A stretch of DNA of 64,000 nt, taken from sequence record PP968062.1, one strand, 5' to 3'. The notes beneath the pieces were generated by a model. It saw only the letters and a program-made list of their open reading frames with translations. It had not been told where the DNA came from and did no database searches. Shown piece by piece: positions 45,277 to 56,559 of this stretch (positions within the stretch are counted from its first letter, which is position 1; every line of letters starts with the position of its first letter). The position numbers and the translations under genes were made by a program. The DNA comes from Pseudomonas phage HPP-Temi.

Positions 45277-45441
45277 CTAGGGTTTGCGGTTAACTTTACG
45301 CTTCAAAGCATCGATTGTGCTTTGTTGGCGCTGGATTGTCTTTCGCGAGTCACCTAACAGCTTTACGATGTCTGCGAATTGAATTACCAGGTCGTCTAAA
45401 CGCTGCTCTAATTGAGCTATACGTTCGTTCTTATCACCCAT
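45277..45441 (-). CDS. small coiled-coil protein 54 aa (MGDKNERIAQLEQRLDDLVIQFADIVKLL...)
   Basis: not in track (<60 aa); TAATG coupling to upstream gene; heptad pattern. Confidence 0.45.
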   Translation of the reverse strand: MGDKNERIAQLEQRLDDLVIQFADIVKLLGDSRKTIQRQQSTIDALKRKVNRKP

Positions 45442-45890
45442 TAAAGTTTACCTTTGTATTGGGAATCACCATGATGGGTATTGTTCCGGAATAGCAAGGC
45501 CGGATCAGGTTCCCTGTTTGCGATAATCAAGTTGAACTCCATCGTGAAACGGTTTTTCATATACCGCTCGGCGACTTCGACAACATAAGTATCATCATCG
45601 GCGTTGATTTTTACAACGGCTACTTTCTTGGGAATGCTGTTACGTAGCTTATCCCAAACTTCGAATTCCAGATTACCCTCATACTTAGCCATAGTCGGGA
45701 TTGTCTTGAATTCAAATACGTTCAAGCCGTCCGGTGTGAATACAGCTACCGGTACAAGCCAGAATACTTCATCAGGTTTCAGGTTGCCATCACGGGAATA
45801 GAAGAACTGTTTAAGGTTCCCTCTTACTCCTTGGTACATCGGGATAATGACGCGTTGTGCCGACATTATAATTGCTCCGATCCTTGCCAT
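45441..45890 (-). CDS. hypothetical protein 149 aa
   Basis: ORF track. Confidence 0.6.
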   Translation of the reverse strand: MARIGAIIMSAQRVIIPMYQGVRGNLKQFFYSRDGNLKPDEVFWLVPVAVFTPDGLNVFEFKTIPTMAKYEGNLEFEVWDKLRNSIPKKVAVVKINADDDTYVVEVAERYMKNRFTMEFNLIIANREPDPALLFRNNTHHGDSQYKGKL

Positions 45891-46261
45891 TTACGTTTGG
45901 TCGTATCCTGACTAATCTTCAGACGAAGTTTAAAGTTAGGTATGTTCCATCGCGTAATAGGCTTTTTCCAATAGATACGTTTCTTATCAAGTTCAACATG
46001 TAACTCTACTAAGACCCGGTTTCGTTTTTCTTCGAAGATGGTGAAACAGATATGTCTAGGTTTCTCTAGCCATGTCTCTTTGTAAAACTTAATTGTGTCT
46101 GCATCTTTTTGTTTATCACCACTAACAATCCACTCGATATCAGCGTCCGTAAACTCCAGTGCTTCGATGCCATGTTTCAACAATGACTTAAAGCGTTCTG
46201 AGTAAGTTCCACGGAAGTAATAATCGAGGTCTACAAACACGGTATTTAATCGAGTACTCAT
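45866..46261 (-). CDS. hypothetical protein 131 aa
   Basis: ORF track. Confidence 0.55.
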   Translation of the reverse strand: MSTRLNTVFVDLDYYFRGTYSERFKSLLKHGIEALEFTDADIEWIVSGDKQKDADTIKFYKETWLEKPRHICFTIFEEKRNRVLVELHVELDKKRIYWKKPITRWNIPNFKLRLKISQDTTKRKWQGSEQL

Positions 46262-46264
46262 ATA

Positions 46265-46295
46265 TCCTCAGATTGTAATAATCTACAGGATTGGT
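46265..46295 (-). promoter_or_regulatory. promoter-like element, family B variant (CCTGTAGATTATTACAATCTG)
   Basis: follows a terminator with U-tract, 10 nt upstream of a GAGGA RBS. Confidence 0.35.
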
Positions 46296-46319
46296 TAGTA
46301 AAATAAAAAATGGCATAAA

Positions 46320-46337
46320 GCCTCCCGTTAGGGAAGC
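46320..46337 (-). terminator. terminator (GCUUCCC-UAAC-GGGAGGC with a G-U pair) + U-tract; stop codon of upstream gene lies in the loop
   Basis: TTTATGCCATTTTTTATTTTAC on minus strand. Confidence 0.55.
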
Positions 46338-46660
46338 CGTACGCCAGGGGGTGTTTGAATGTGGATAAACCGCTTTCTCAACCCAGGAAGGAAGAAAGGG
46401 TCACCTGCAAAACGGCCGGTTACAGAGTTGTAACGGAACCAGTAGCGTTTGAACTTGAAGCAACGTCTACATCCTGGTTCAGCTTGAATAGTCACTAACC
46501 ATTCATCATCGAAAAGGTCATCCATCTCGACGGTGATTGAGTAAGCATTATCTATACGCCCTTTACGGTCCCGGACTGTAATACAATCCGAGAGGTTTCC
46601 GTATTTGAAGATGACATGTTCGAAATTGTTATCTAGTCTAAGTGGGATCGTTAGTTCCAT
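46328..46660 (-). CDS. hypothetical protein ~110 aa
   Basis: ORF track 46328..46756 (TTG) trimmed to MELTIPL start after upstream stop. Confidence 0.5.
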   Translation of the reverse strand: MELTIPLRLDNNFEHVIFKYGNLSDCITVRDRKGRIDNAYSITVEMDDLFDDEWLVTIQAEPGCRRCFKFKRYWFRYNSVTGRFAGDPFFLPGLRKRFIHIQTPPGVRLP

Positions 46661-46988
46661 CTTCAACCTCCAACTCGAATGTAACCGAGATATAGCGAGA
46701 ACGATAGTTAGGACTAACGAACGTTTCAAAATGGTTCGACCCATATTGAAGTTCAACGTAGGCTACAACAATACCTTGCTGATCACGAGGTGTAATGTAG
46801 ATGGTATCAACTAACCCATCCACATTCTTCGAACGATTAACAGACCAACGGAATTCGTCAGTCTGCTGATTCTTGGATAGGATCTCTATCCCAGTGATCA
46901 CTTGGGGTAATGTGAGATCCAGGTTTTCTACAAAGAGGGATTTGAGTTTCCCTCGATATACAGAGAAAAGATCGATATGCGTTTGCAT
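46638..46988 (-). CDS. hypothetical protein 116 aa
   Basis: ORF track; GAGGA RBS. Confidence 0.55.
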   Translation of the reverse strand: MQTHIDLFSVYRGKLKSLFVENLDLTLPQVITGIEILSKNQQTDEFRWSVNRSKNVDGLVDTIYITPRDQQGIVVAYVELQYGSNHFETFVSPNYRSRYISVTFELEVEDGTNDPT

Positions 46989-47017
46989 GGCTGAGTCCTC
47001 AATAACTTATTATAGTG

Positions 47018-47033
47018 CCCAGCCGTAGCTGGG
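47018..47033 (-). terminator. short stem-loop CCCAGC-UACG-GCUGGG
   Basis: 6-bp stem between convergent gene ends; weak U-tract. Confidence 0.4.
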
Positions 47034-47034
47034 G

Positions 47035-47217
47035 TTATTCTTGTGCAGCAGCGATCCATTCGTGCATTCGGTTAGTGGTGAAGTACCCACAACGCGAATG
47101 ACGGATTTTTCGTTTAAACTCTTTTACTGCTTTTTGTTTCAGTTTTTCCGTGGGAGAATTCTTGTAAGCTGTAATGAAGCACGTGTAGGCATCCCACGCT
47201 TTGTCACGTTTGTTCAT
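47035..47217 (-). CDS. small basic protein 60 aa
   Basis: ORF track. Confidence 0.45.
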   Translation of the reverse strand: MNKRDKAWDAYTCFITAYKNSPTEKLKQKAVKEFKRKIRHSRCGYFTTNRMHEWIAAAQE

Positions 47218-47232
47218 TTTACGGCACTGGCG

Positions 47233-47427
47233 CTAGCTGTAACAGGTATAGCGATAAGGTCTATCTTTAACCTTAATCTCACACTCGTCGTCAGCAGACG
47301 TAATGTATTTCGGATAGGTCTCGTTGATTGGAATATCGACAGCATCTTTGAAAGCCATGCTGCCGATTAGAGCTTGTGCTGCTGCTCTGCCCAGATCACC
47401 GGTACCAACGATAAGTACGTCTCTCAT
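47233..47427 (-). CDS. 64-aa ORF beginning with a Rossmann-type GxGxxG N-terminus (VLIVGTGDLGRAAAQAL), possibly a gene fragment
   Basis: ORF track; too short for a Rossmann-fold enzyme. Confidence 0.4.
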   Translation of the reverse strand: MRDVLIVGTGDLGRAAAQALIGSMAFKDAVDIPINETYPKYITSADDECEIKVKDRPYRYTCYS

Positions 47428-47813
47428 AGCGTGCCCCCCATGGCTACGCTAACGTAGTGATTCATGAGCGGTGCTTTGAAGTACATGTTGTTGCCCTTCA
47501 TTTTGTTTTTGAATTGCTCAATGATGAGACGCTCGTCTTCACCGTTGGATTCGACCAGATACATCCGAAGATCGTAAACCCACTTCAGGATAGCATCTTG
47601 GTCTTTTTCTTTCTTATGTCGCTTTTTACCGATACGCTTCTTCAGGAAGATTGCACTACGACGAACCTTGAATATCTGGATTGGTTGACCCGTGTAGACG
47701 TTACCGTCAGCATCGGTCACTTTCATCCCAGCTACAACCTCGCTCATGTAGTAGTCATTGTGCATGGCGATACGTTGATGCATATTAGCCATTGCTTCTT
47801 TGTGATCGTACAT
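47424..47813 (-). CDS. hypothetical protein 129 aa with KKR-rich segment
   Basis: ORF track. Confidence 0.55.
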   Translation of the reverse strand: MYDHKEAMANMHQRIAMHNDYYMSEVVAGMKVTDADGNVYTGQPIQIFKVRRSAIFLKKRIGKKRHKKEKDQDAILKWVYDLRMYLVESNGEDERLIIEQFKNKMKGNNMYFKAPLMNHYVSVAMGGTL

Positions 47814-47899
47814 TCCTATTTTCCTTTGATGCCATAAACAACATATTACCCCAACCGATCAGGAAGGAGTAATATGCCATTTCGGTTTGAGGGTGTTGC

Positions 47900-48388
47900 T
47901 TACAAATTTGCTTCCCAGGGCGACAGTTCTGGTCGACCCTTGCCAAGCTCATGCAGTTGTTTCCTAACTGCAAAACGCGCTCGACTATACCATAGGTACA
48001 CATTTTCAGGCATAAACGTCGACAATTCTTTCGCTAGAATAATCGCATGACGTTGTGCCATGAAGTTATCTTGCTCAAACAAACAGTCGATTACACGCTT
48101 GGTTACGTCAGTGTTACGATGCCAATGGCGAAGCTCACGAGAGATGATATCGTAGTTACGGTTGTCACCGATACTCTCTATCAAATACGTTACGAACTCT
48201 CTACCGAACCCAGACTGGATGTCAGTCAAGAAGTCAATCAGAGCGATAGACTCCTTCATCTTACTGGGATTAAACAGCTTACGTTTAGGATCACAGCGTT
48301 GCAGTCTAAACCACATTGCTTGTGTACCTTCACGATGAACTGGATGTACTTGACGAAATCCCCACCACGTCTTAATTAAACCGATCAT
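47900..48388 (-). CDS. hypothetical protein 162 aa
   Basis: ORF track; GTGAGG RBS. Confidence 0.6.
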   Translation of the reverse strand: MIGLIKTWWGFRQVHPVHREGTQAMWFRLQRCDPKRKLFNPSKMKESIALIDFLTDIQSGFGREFVTYLIESIGDNRNYDIISRELRHWHRNTDVTKRVIDCLFEQDNFMAQRHAIILAKELSTFMPENVYLWYSRARFAVRKQLHELGKGRPELSPWEANL

Positions 48389-48407
48389 CAGGACCTCACG
48401 GAATAAA

Positions 48408-48427
48408 GCCCTCCCTGAAGGGAGAGC
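48408..48427 (-). terminator. terminator (GCUCUCCC-UUCA-GGGAGGGC with one G-U) followed by TTTATTCC
   Basis: stem-loop between two genes. Confidence 0.55.
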
Positions 48428-48432
48428 TATTC

Positions 48433-48642
48433 TTATTTGGAAGCACGGGCAAGGTTGTAGTCCGCATGGAAGTTAGCGTCAGCCAGCTTCCACTCAAACG
48501 TACGATCTACGGGTTTGCTATAGAAGCCAGCACGCCGAGCTTTTGCTTGCACGATAGGATCAACTACATGGACACGGGCAATGAAGAGTATCACCCAAAA
48601 TATCCGTTTAGCTATTACCTTAACCAATCGCAGCTTGTTCAT
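48433..48642 (-). CDS. small membrane protein 69 aa
   Basis: RIFWVILFIARVHVV hydrophobic. Confidence 0.5.
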   Translation of the reverse strand: MNKLRLVKVIAKRIFWVILFIARVHVVDPIVQAKARRAGFYSKPVDRTFEWKLADANFHADYNLARASK

Positions 48643-48673
48643 TGTTAGGACCTCGATCGACGACGGAATAAGA

Positions 48674-48928
48674 TTACCGCAGCGCTTTCAACGCTTGCTG
48701 GTGTTCCCATACCATGGTCCGGTATTCGAGTTCCAGATCCAGGCGATCATCATTGGAAATAGATACGCCTTCAACGTAGCCCACGACTTTGTTCTTGCGA
48801 ACAGTCAGGCCCCACTGATCGATACGGTTCAGGAAGGCTTTAACATCTTTACGATGCTGTTCTTCCAGGTTGGCGATACGGATTGCATTGATGTGGTTAC
48901 GGAACCAGGTGACGAGTTTGGCAAACAT
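48674..48928 (-). CDS. hypothetical protein 84 aa
   Basis: ORF track. Confidence 0.55.
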   Translation of the reverse strand: MFAKLVTWFRNHINAIRIANLEEQHRKDVKAFLNRIDQWGLTVRKNKVVGYVEGVSISNDDRLDLELEYRTMVWEHQQALKALR

Positions 48929-48945
48929 TGGAGTCTCCTCGGGAA

Positions 48946-51535
<2,590 letters not shown>

Positions 51536-51556
51536 AAAAGAAATCTCCAGAGATTA

Positions 51557-51594
51557 TACATTTTGATAATGTAGATCTAAGAAAAAATAAAAAG
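51557..51594 (-). promoter_or_regulatory. promoter-like element family B
   Basis: minus strand reads TTTTTATTTTTTCTTAGATCTACATTATCAAAATG after a terminator. Confidence 0.45.
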
Positions 51595-51603
51595 AAAGCG
51601 AAT

Positions 51604-51625
51604 GCTCCTACCCGAAGGTAGGAGC
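51604..51625 (-). terminator. terminator GCUCCUACC-UUCG-GGUAGGAGC
   Basis: perfect 9-bp stem with CGAA loop, ATTCGCTTTCTTTTTATTTTTT flank. Confidence 0.7.
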
Positions 51626-51633
51626 AATATGCC

Positions 51634-52095
51634 TTAGCGCTTGACGCGGAACTTGGAGTCGTAGAGTGCTTGGAACTCTTTGATCTTTTCCCGTTGGGTC
51701 GGAGTCTCAGTCGCGTTGCTGAAGAACTCGTCAGCGAATTCTTTCTTCTTGCGAACTTCACAACCGAACAGTTCCAGACCGATCATGTCCAACTGGTTCT
51801 TGAAATGACCCAGTTCACTCATGCCGGTTTGATCCGGCTTGGAGACTTCCTTCACGCCAGCAGGCTTGATGCGGTAGTCTTGTACTTCAGCGTAACGGAT
51901 ATCCTTGGAAGGAACCGGACGAGGACCAGCTTTCTTTTTCTTCACTCGCTTGGGGATCACCGGCATGGGAAGATCCGTTTTCGGAGCCTTCGCCGGTTCG
52001 ACCTTTTGTTTTTCTTGCTTGGGTGCCGGTACAGTTGCGATCGGACCCTGAGCCGCGATGAGGTCTTTGAGCGAGTTGAATTTTACGCGTGCCAT
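51634..52095 (-). CDS. basic Lys/Pro-rich protein 153 aa (possible nucleic-acid-binding)
   Basis: ORF track; AGGAGAA RBS. Confidence 0.6.
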   Translation of the reverse strand: MARVKFNSLKDLIAAQGPIATVPAPKQEKQKVEPAKAPKTDLPMPVIPKRVKKKKAGPRPVPSKDIRYAEVQDYRIKPAGVKEVSKPDQTGMSELGHFKNQLDMIGLELFGCEVRKKKEFADEFFSNATETPTQREKIKEFQALYDSKFRVKR

Positions 52096-52126
52096 GCTTG
52101 TATTCTCCTATTGGTGGTTTGTAATT

Positions 52127-52168
52127 CACATTTGTAATATAGCCTTTAAAAGGCTTTAAATGTAAACC
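52127..52168 (-). promoter_or_regulatory. promoter-like element family A (perfect palindrome AGCCTTTTAAAGGCT + TATATTACAAATGTG)
   Basis: minus strand reads GTTTACATTTAAAGCCTTTTAAAGGCTATATTACAAATGTG, ~30 nt upstream of the ATG. Confidence 0.5.
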
Positions 52169-52184
52169 TAACCACCTCGACAAG

Positions 52185-52829
52185 TTATACCCGTGGCAGA
52201 ATAACCTTATCTGCCTGTTTCATGTACTTACCACCACGATCAGCATAGGACGTTTCACAGTCTTGGTCGAGATCATGGAATACCAACTGCAACACGCCTT
52301 CATGCGCATAGAACACGTTAGGACGGTTAGTTGTATTCTGGAACTCAAACGTGATGTGTCCTTCCCAACCCGGTTCGATCGGAGTGCACAGGCAATTCCA
52401 GCCGGCGCGAGCGATGGTTGATTTACCGATACACATTGCGATTACATTCCGAGGCATACGGACGTACTCTTTCGAGTGAGTCAGCAGGAATCCGCCCGGA
52501 GGAACCACAACCTTGTCACCGTAAACAGTGTCGAACAGATCTGGACTGATGTTCTTGTAATCCAGTACAGGATGTTCAAGTTCTTTACCTGTTACCCAAG
52601 CTTTAAAACGTTGCCAGAAAGTGAACTTAGGTAGAGGCTTGAATACTTTAAACTCAGTACCTGCACGAAGATCATAACCACCAGAAGACAGTCCATAGGA
52701 AGCGATACGCTTACCTTGACTATCTTCCTTTACGGACATACCGTGGAAAGGTTCGATCATGGGACCATGAGCACCAACCATTGCGCCTTCGCAATATTCA
52801 CGGATTGTTTTATCAGAAAGAACGGTCAT
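52185..52829 (-). CDS. dcd: dCTP deaminase (Dcd) family
   Basis: SSGGYDLRAG, GKSTIARAGW, EPGWEGHITFE blocks. Confidence 0.8.
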   Translation of the reverse strand: MTVLSDKTIREYCEGAMVGAHGPMIEPFHGMSVKEDSQGKRIASYGLSSGGYDLRAGTEFKVFKPLPKFTFWQRFKAWVTGKELEHPVLDYKNISPDLFDTVYGDKVVVPPGGFLLTHSKEYVRMPRNVIAMCIGKSTIARAGWNCLCTPIEPGWEGHITFEFQNTTNRPNVFYAHEGVLQLVFHDLDQDCETSYADRGGKYMKQADKVILPRV

Positions 52830-52875
52830 TTTAATTTACCTGTTGGAGACGTACACTATTAGCGTGGTCAGTAAA

Positions 52876-53559
52876 TCAACACTCGACCAGAGTCTCTTCG
52901 TCTGATTTATCGGTCAGACTTGCGACATATTGCTTCAGAGCAGCTGCACGATCTTGCTCTTGTTTACGCAGGTCATACGGACCATTTTCTTTTACCATGT
53001 ATTCACGGAATTGCATTACGCCTTGAACATAACCTTCCGGGAGAACAGTAGTCAGACTATCGGCAGTTACTTTACGGGTGCGAATAGCCTTACCAGTTTC
53101 AAGAACATGGTGGATACGAATTAGCTGACGGTTGGTGTCAATACGTTCCGATACACACGGGAAGTAAACGGGATCTTCACCCTGCTTACTATTACCCATG
53201 TCCACTTCAGCGTATAATGTCTTACCATGATTAGCTTCAAAGAAAGCACGGGCTTCCTTGATGCGAATGGTGCGGAGCTTTTCACCTTCGCGTACCAGCT
53301 TTTGATGAGCTGGTTGCAGATGAGGGTTCATCTTTCGAACATGACGACGAATCAAACGGGTATCGTAACGAGAAGAAGCGTTAGCCATAGCAACAAGATT
53401 GTTATATGCTTCGATGGACATGATAACTTGTTGCGGATCATTATTGCGCTGCATGGGAATCTCCGTTAGTGGTAAAGTAATGTTTCTTAAGGTGGTCCGG
53501 ATTAAACTCTGCTTTACGGAATTCATATTTCTCAGCGAGTTTAATGATTGGATTTTCAT
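52876..53559 (-). CDS. hypothetical protein 227 aa (start uncertain; an overlapping 53441..53755 ORF competes)
   Basis: ORF track. Confidence 0.5.
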   Translation of the reverse strand: MKIQSLNSLRNMNSVKQSLIRTTLRNITLPLTEIPMQRNNDPQQVIMSIEAYNNLVAMANASSRYDTRLIRRHVRKMNPHLQPAHQKLVREGEKLRTIRIKEARAFFEANHGKTLYAEVDMGNSKQGEDPVYFPCVSERIDTNRQLIRIHHVLETGKAIRTRKVTADSLTTVLPEGYVQGVMQFREYMVKENGPYDLRKQEQDRAAALKQYVASLTDKSDEETLVEC

Positions 53560-53609
53560 CTCCTTTCATTGACAGTTTGAGTTTCCGACGAACCCAATCC
53601 TCAGATGCT

Positions 53610-54032
53610 TTAATTGTCACGGCTTTTCTCCAATTGATAGGTGGGAGCTCTCTTTCCAAAGATACTTCTCCGGCAAACGAAGCATCCACAACGAGTGCCC
53701 GTCGGTTCCGACCCATCGCACGAAAGAGCTTGTTGCAGCAGACGTTCATAACCACCTTCTATGTCATTACCCATTAAGGCTTCTTCAGCCAGGACTAGTT
53801 CGATATTGGCAAGCATCATCTGGTCATCCATTGGACGACGATGGTTGTCATGCCACTGGACCGGAGCTTTAGCCGAGTCCAGGATCTCTTTGATCTTACC
53901 CAGTGAATAGGTTTCACCAGTGTTTCGATGAAGTTGCTTGTGGAACTCAAGCGGATCGATAGGGGAGTGTTTGAATATAACTCCTTTAATCGAAGTCAAG
54001 GAGTCGGGGATCTTTTGGGTGATGGATTGCAT
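53610..54032 (-). CDS. hypothetical protein 140 aa with C-terminal CGCFVC pair
   Basis: ORF track; AAGAGA RBS. Confidence 0.5.
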   Translation of the reverse strand: MQSITQKIPDSLTSIKGVIFKHSPIDPLEFHKQLHRNTGETYSLGKIKEILDSAKAPVQWHDNHRRPMDDQMMLANIELVLAEEALMGNDIEGGYERLLQQALSCDGSEPTGTRCGCFVCRRSIFGKRAPTYQLEKSRDN

Positions 54033-54642
54033 GCCAGTTAATCTCTTCGTAGGGATAGTCCAATTCGTAACGATCTAAGAATTGGATTACCCATTCCAGA
54101 ACGTCATCGTAGTAGAGGTTCTTACGAATAGGAACATTCGCATTAACACTCAAACGAACAGCTGTGTTGGTGCCACCATTTACAATCTCGTTCTCACGCT
54201 TACCTTTCGGTTCAGCGTAATAGAAGATACCAGAAACCAACTCAGCCAGGGTGTGTCCATGGATCTGGAAAACATTTCGAGTATGGAGCGCTTTACCGTA
54301 GTCATCTAACCCAGCAAAGCTACCACGAGCCAACGCGGCCATGCTAGCCGCTGTAGTCCACGTATCAGTGAACTGTGATGCATCTATAAAGAAGTCATTG
54401 TCACGGATACGATAGAAGCTACTACCTCTACCACTAGCAAGGTATATACGGGCCCCTACCTCGCTATAGGAGCGAGATTGCCTCGCCCCGTACCAACCAG
54501 CCCTGTCTGAATCGAACGCATCGCCAGAGCTTATAGCCCAGCCATAATCGGTTAGAGTACGGCCAAGCCTGATCATTACTTCCAGCACCCATTCAGGAAC
54601 CTTTCGTGACCCAACGATAGCCATGTATCCTCTAGCCTGCAT
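53986..54642 (-). CDS. SLOG/DprA-like Rossmann-fold protein
   Basis: N-terminal MAIVGSRKVPEW...GWAISSGDAFDSDRAG resembles DprA/LOG/YpsA nucleotide-binding fold. Confidence 0.5.
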   Translation of the reverse strand: MQARGYMAIVGSRKVPEWVLEVMIRLGRTLTDYGWAISSGDAFDSDRAGWYGARQSRSYSEVGARIYLASGRGSSFYRIRDNDFFIDASQFTDTWTTAASMAALARGSFAGLDDYGKALHTRNVFQIHGHTLAELVSGIFYYAEPKGKRENEIVNGGTNTAVRLSVNANVPIRKNLYYDDVLEWVIQFLDRYELDYPYEEINWHAIHHPKDPRLLDFD

Positions 54643-55108
54643 AACGACTCCTAGAAGGATCCCAGTTGATGGCTGCCAGTTCTTGAGGAGTCCAGGTATC
54701 TTTAGGCTTGGTAATCGAGAGGAGATCTAGTGTAACGTTGCGTTCTCCAACACGTGTTCCCAATTCCTTAACACGGATCTTAGTACGATCATCCAGATAA
54801 ACCGAAAGGACCTTAACTGGGATAACCACGTATTCGTCATAACGAAGATAGGCTACCTGACCACCGTGCAACCCAACGAATTGTTTGACGGCTTGTTTCT
54901 CACGAGCATATTCACGACGAGCTTCCGCTACTTCACGCATGTGTTTATCACGCAACCAGGTATTACGCTTACGTGCATGTTTGTAGAGAGAATCAGCCTT
55001 ATCTGGACAACCAGCTTCCTCAGTGCCGATACGAGCATAAGCGAGGAGTTCCTCAAATGCGTTCGTACTCAGCACAACGATTGATTCGTCTTTGTTCTTG
55101 TCGGTCAT
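54632..55108 (-). CDS. hypothetical protein 158 aa
   Basis: ORF track. Confidence 0.6.
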   Translation of the reverse strand: MTDKNKDESIVVLSTNAFEELLAYARIGTEEAGCPDKADSLYKHARKRNTWLRDKHMREVAEARREYAREKQAVKQFVGLHGGQVAYLRYDEYVVIPVKVLSVYLDDRTKIRVKELGTRVGERNVTLDLLSITKPKDTWTPQELAAINWDPSRSRYAG

Positions 55109-55111
55109 TTT

Positions 55112-55849
55112 TTAATGCCTCGGGATTCTATAGTAGTCAGGACCTGCTTGGTTATAGACGTAGTGATTGTGGTCTTTATCGTTAGGACCAGGGAATCGTT
55201 CCTGTGGATTACGATACGGGATCAATGCACGTCTTGCTGTGGCAAATACAGTTTCCTTGTGACGAGCTTTGTATTCACTGAGAACACGGGTCATGGTAAT
55301 ACAGGGCTTACATAACCCGCAGTGTTTATCACCAACCGGTGTCTCACATATCCAGATGTCGTTCAGTACTCTCTTATCCAACTCACGAAGGATATCGACT
55401 TTGTTCATACCGAGAAGAGGGAACTCAACTGGGATAGGGTCGTTAACACAGGCCACCTTTTGCAGATTGTACCAGGCGTCTTCGATGTAGCGTAGGTGGG
55501 ATCCGAAGTATGCACCGTCGTCAGCCACATAGCCGATTACGAGCTTACTATGTCTCGCTGAATCAGCAATAGCTAACGCACCAAACAACCAGGGTGCAAC
55601 TTGACCCCACTTGGTGTTATCACCTGTAAGCTGCGTACTCTTCAAACGTTCATATTGAGCTTGAACTTTATGCGGATAGAACCCAGCAAACTTCTCAAGG
55701 ATCACTTGACGCTGCTTAAGTTCTTGTGTCATCTTTTCTTCTTGTTGACCAGCATTGATGTACATGACATCCACCGGACCTTCTTGAAGAAGCTGTTGGA
55801 GCATGTAGGTGGAATCCAAACCACCAGAAAAGAGAATCAATGGGTTCAT
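55112..55849 (-). CDS. queC: 7-cyano-7-deazaguanine (preQ0) synthase QueC
   Basis: PP-loop LILFSGGLDST; C-terminal zinc cluster CETPVGDKHCGLCKPC; 245 aa. Confidence 0.85.
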   Translation of the reverse strand: MNPLILFSGGLDSTYMLQQLLQEGPVDVMYINAGQQEEKMTQELKQRQVILEKFAGFYPHKVQAQYERLKSTQLTGDNTKWGQVAPWLFGALAIADSARHSKLVIGYVADDGAYFGSHLRYIEDAWYNLQKVACVNDPIPVEFPLLGMNKVDILRELDKRVLNDIWICETPVGDKHCGLCKPCITMTRVLSEYKARHKETVFATARRALIPYRNPQERFPGPNDKDHNHYVYNQAGPDYYRIPRH

Positions 55850-55876
55850 CGCTATTTCCAAAAAAGAAATAAAAAA

Positions 55877-55892
55877 GGGAGCCGAAGCTCCC
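55877..55892 (-). terminator. terminator GGGAGC-UUCG-GCUCCC
   Basis: GC stem with CGAA loop, TTTTTTATTTCTTTTTTGG flank. Confidence 0.7.
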
Positions 55893-55900
55893 CGTTTTAG

Positions 55901-56062
55901 TTACAGCTTGTTTACTTCTTTTCGAACACCGGCTTTAGCCTGTGCACGTTCGATCCGATGGCACTTCACCTTTGCCCATTTGCAGGAAGTGAAGTAACGC
56001 ATTGGACGACGGCTCCAGAACTCTTTGGTCCATTGGTGTTTCGAATGATTGCTACGCGACAT
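55901..56062 (-). CDS. possible small basic Cys/His protein (~53 aa, MSRSNHSKHQWTKEFWSRRPMRYFTSCKWAKVKCH...)
   Basis: strong AAGGAGG RBS; not in track (<60 aa); coordinates approximate. Confidence 0.4.
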   Translation of the reverse strand: MSRSNHSKHQWTKEFWSRRPMRYFTSCKWAKVKCHRIERAQAKAGVRKEVNKL

Positions 56063-56133
56063 GAGAGTGCCTCCTTTGGCTCTACGTTAATAAAGCCAGG
56101 AAACACTTGGTTGTAAACAGGCATGTTAAGACC

Positions 56134-56559
56134 TCATTGCTTTTTAATTACGATCGATTGAATACAGTGAGATTCATCAAAGAAATTCCCACTCCAGTTC
56201 ATACGGTACTCGAATCCATCTGGCAGCTGATCGATATGCAAGAACTTGGATGCCTTAGCGGCCAGAATCTTAGCAGCCATGGTTATAGCAAAACCATAAC
56301 CTGCACCTTCATTGTTCACTGCTTCAAGGAACAGGAAGTCACCTGCACGTTTGAAGTCGATCTTGAGCTCATCGCCCATCTCATTCATGACCGGACTATC
56401 ATTGTGCATGATAGTCCACTGACCATTCCGTTCTTCGAGATGGACGAACATGTCACCTTTGCCACGACCGATGTTTTTGAGCACTACATCTTTAAGCTCA
56501 ATATCCAAGCCATTGAGGGTGACAGTAACGAGTTGCTTTTGTTGCTTCTTCTTTGCCAT
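56134..56559 (-). CDS. hypothetical protein 141 aa
   Basis: ORF track; TAATG coupling. Confidence 0.6.
   Translation of the reverse strand: MAKKKQQKQLVTVTLNGLDIELKDVVLKNIGRGKGDMFVHLEERNGQWTIMHNDSPVMNEMGDELKIDFKRAGDFLFLEAVNNEGAGYGFAITMAAKILAAKASKFLHIDQLPDGFEYRMNWSGNFFDESHCIQSIVIKKQ

Noticed and set aside
53441-53755. ORF 53441..53755 (GTG start) overlapping both 52876..53559 and 53610..54032
   Set aside because: Heavy overlap with two better-supported ORFs. It was kept only as a note because an alternative tiling (53610..54032 / short 53441..53569 / 52876..53454) cannot be excluded without codon statistics.
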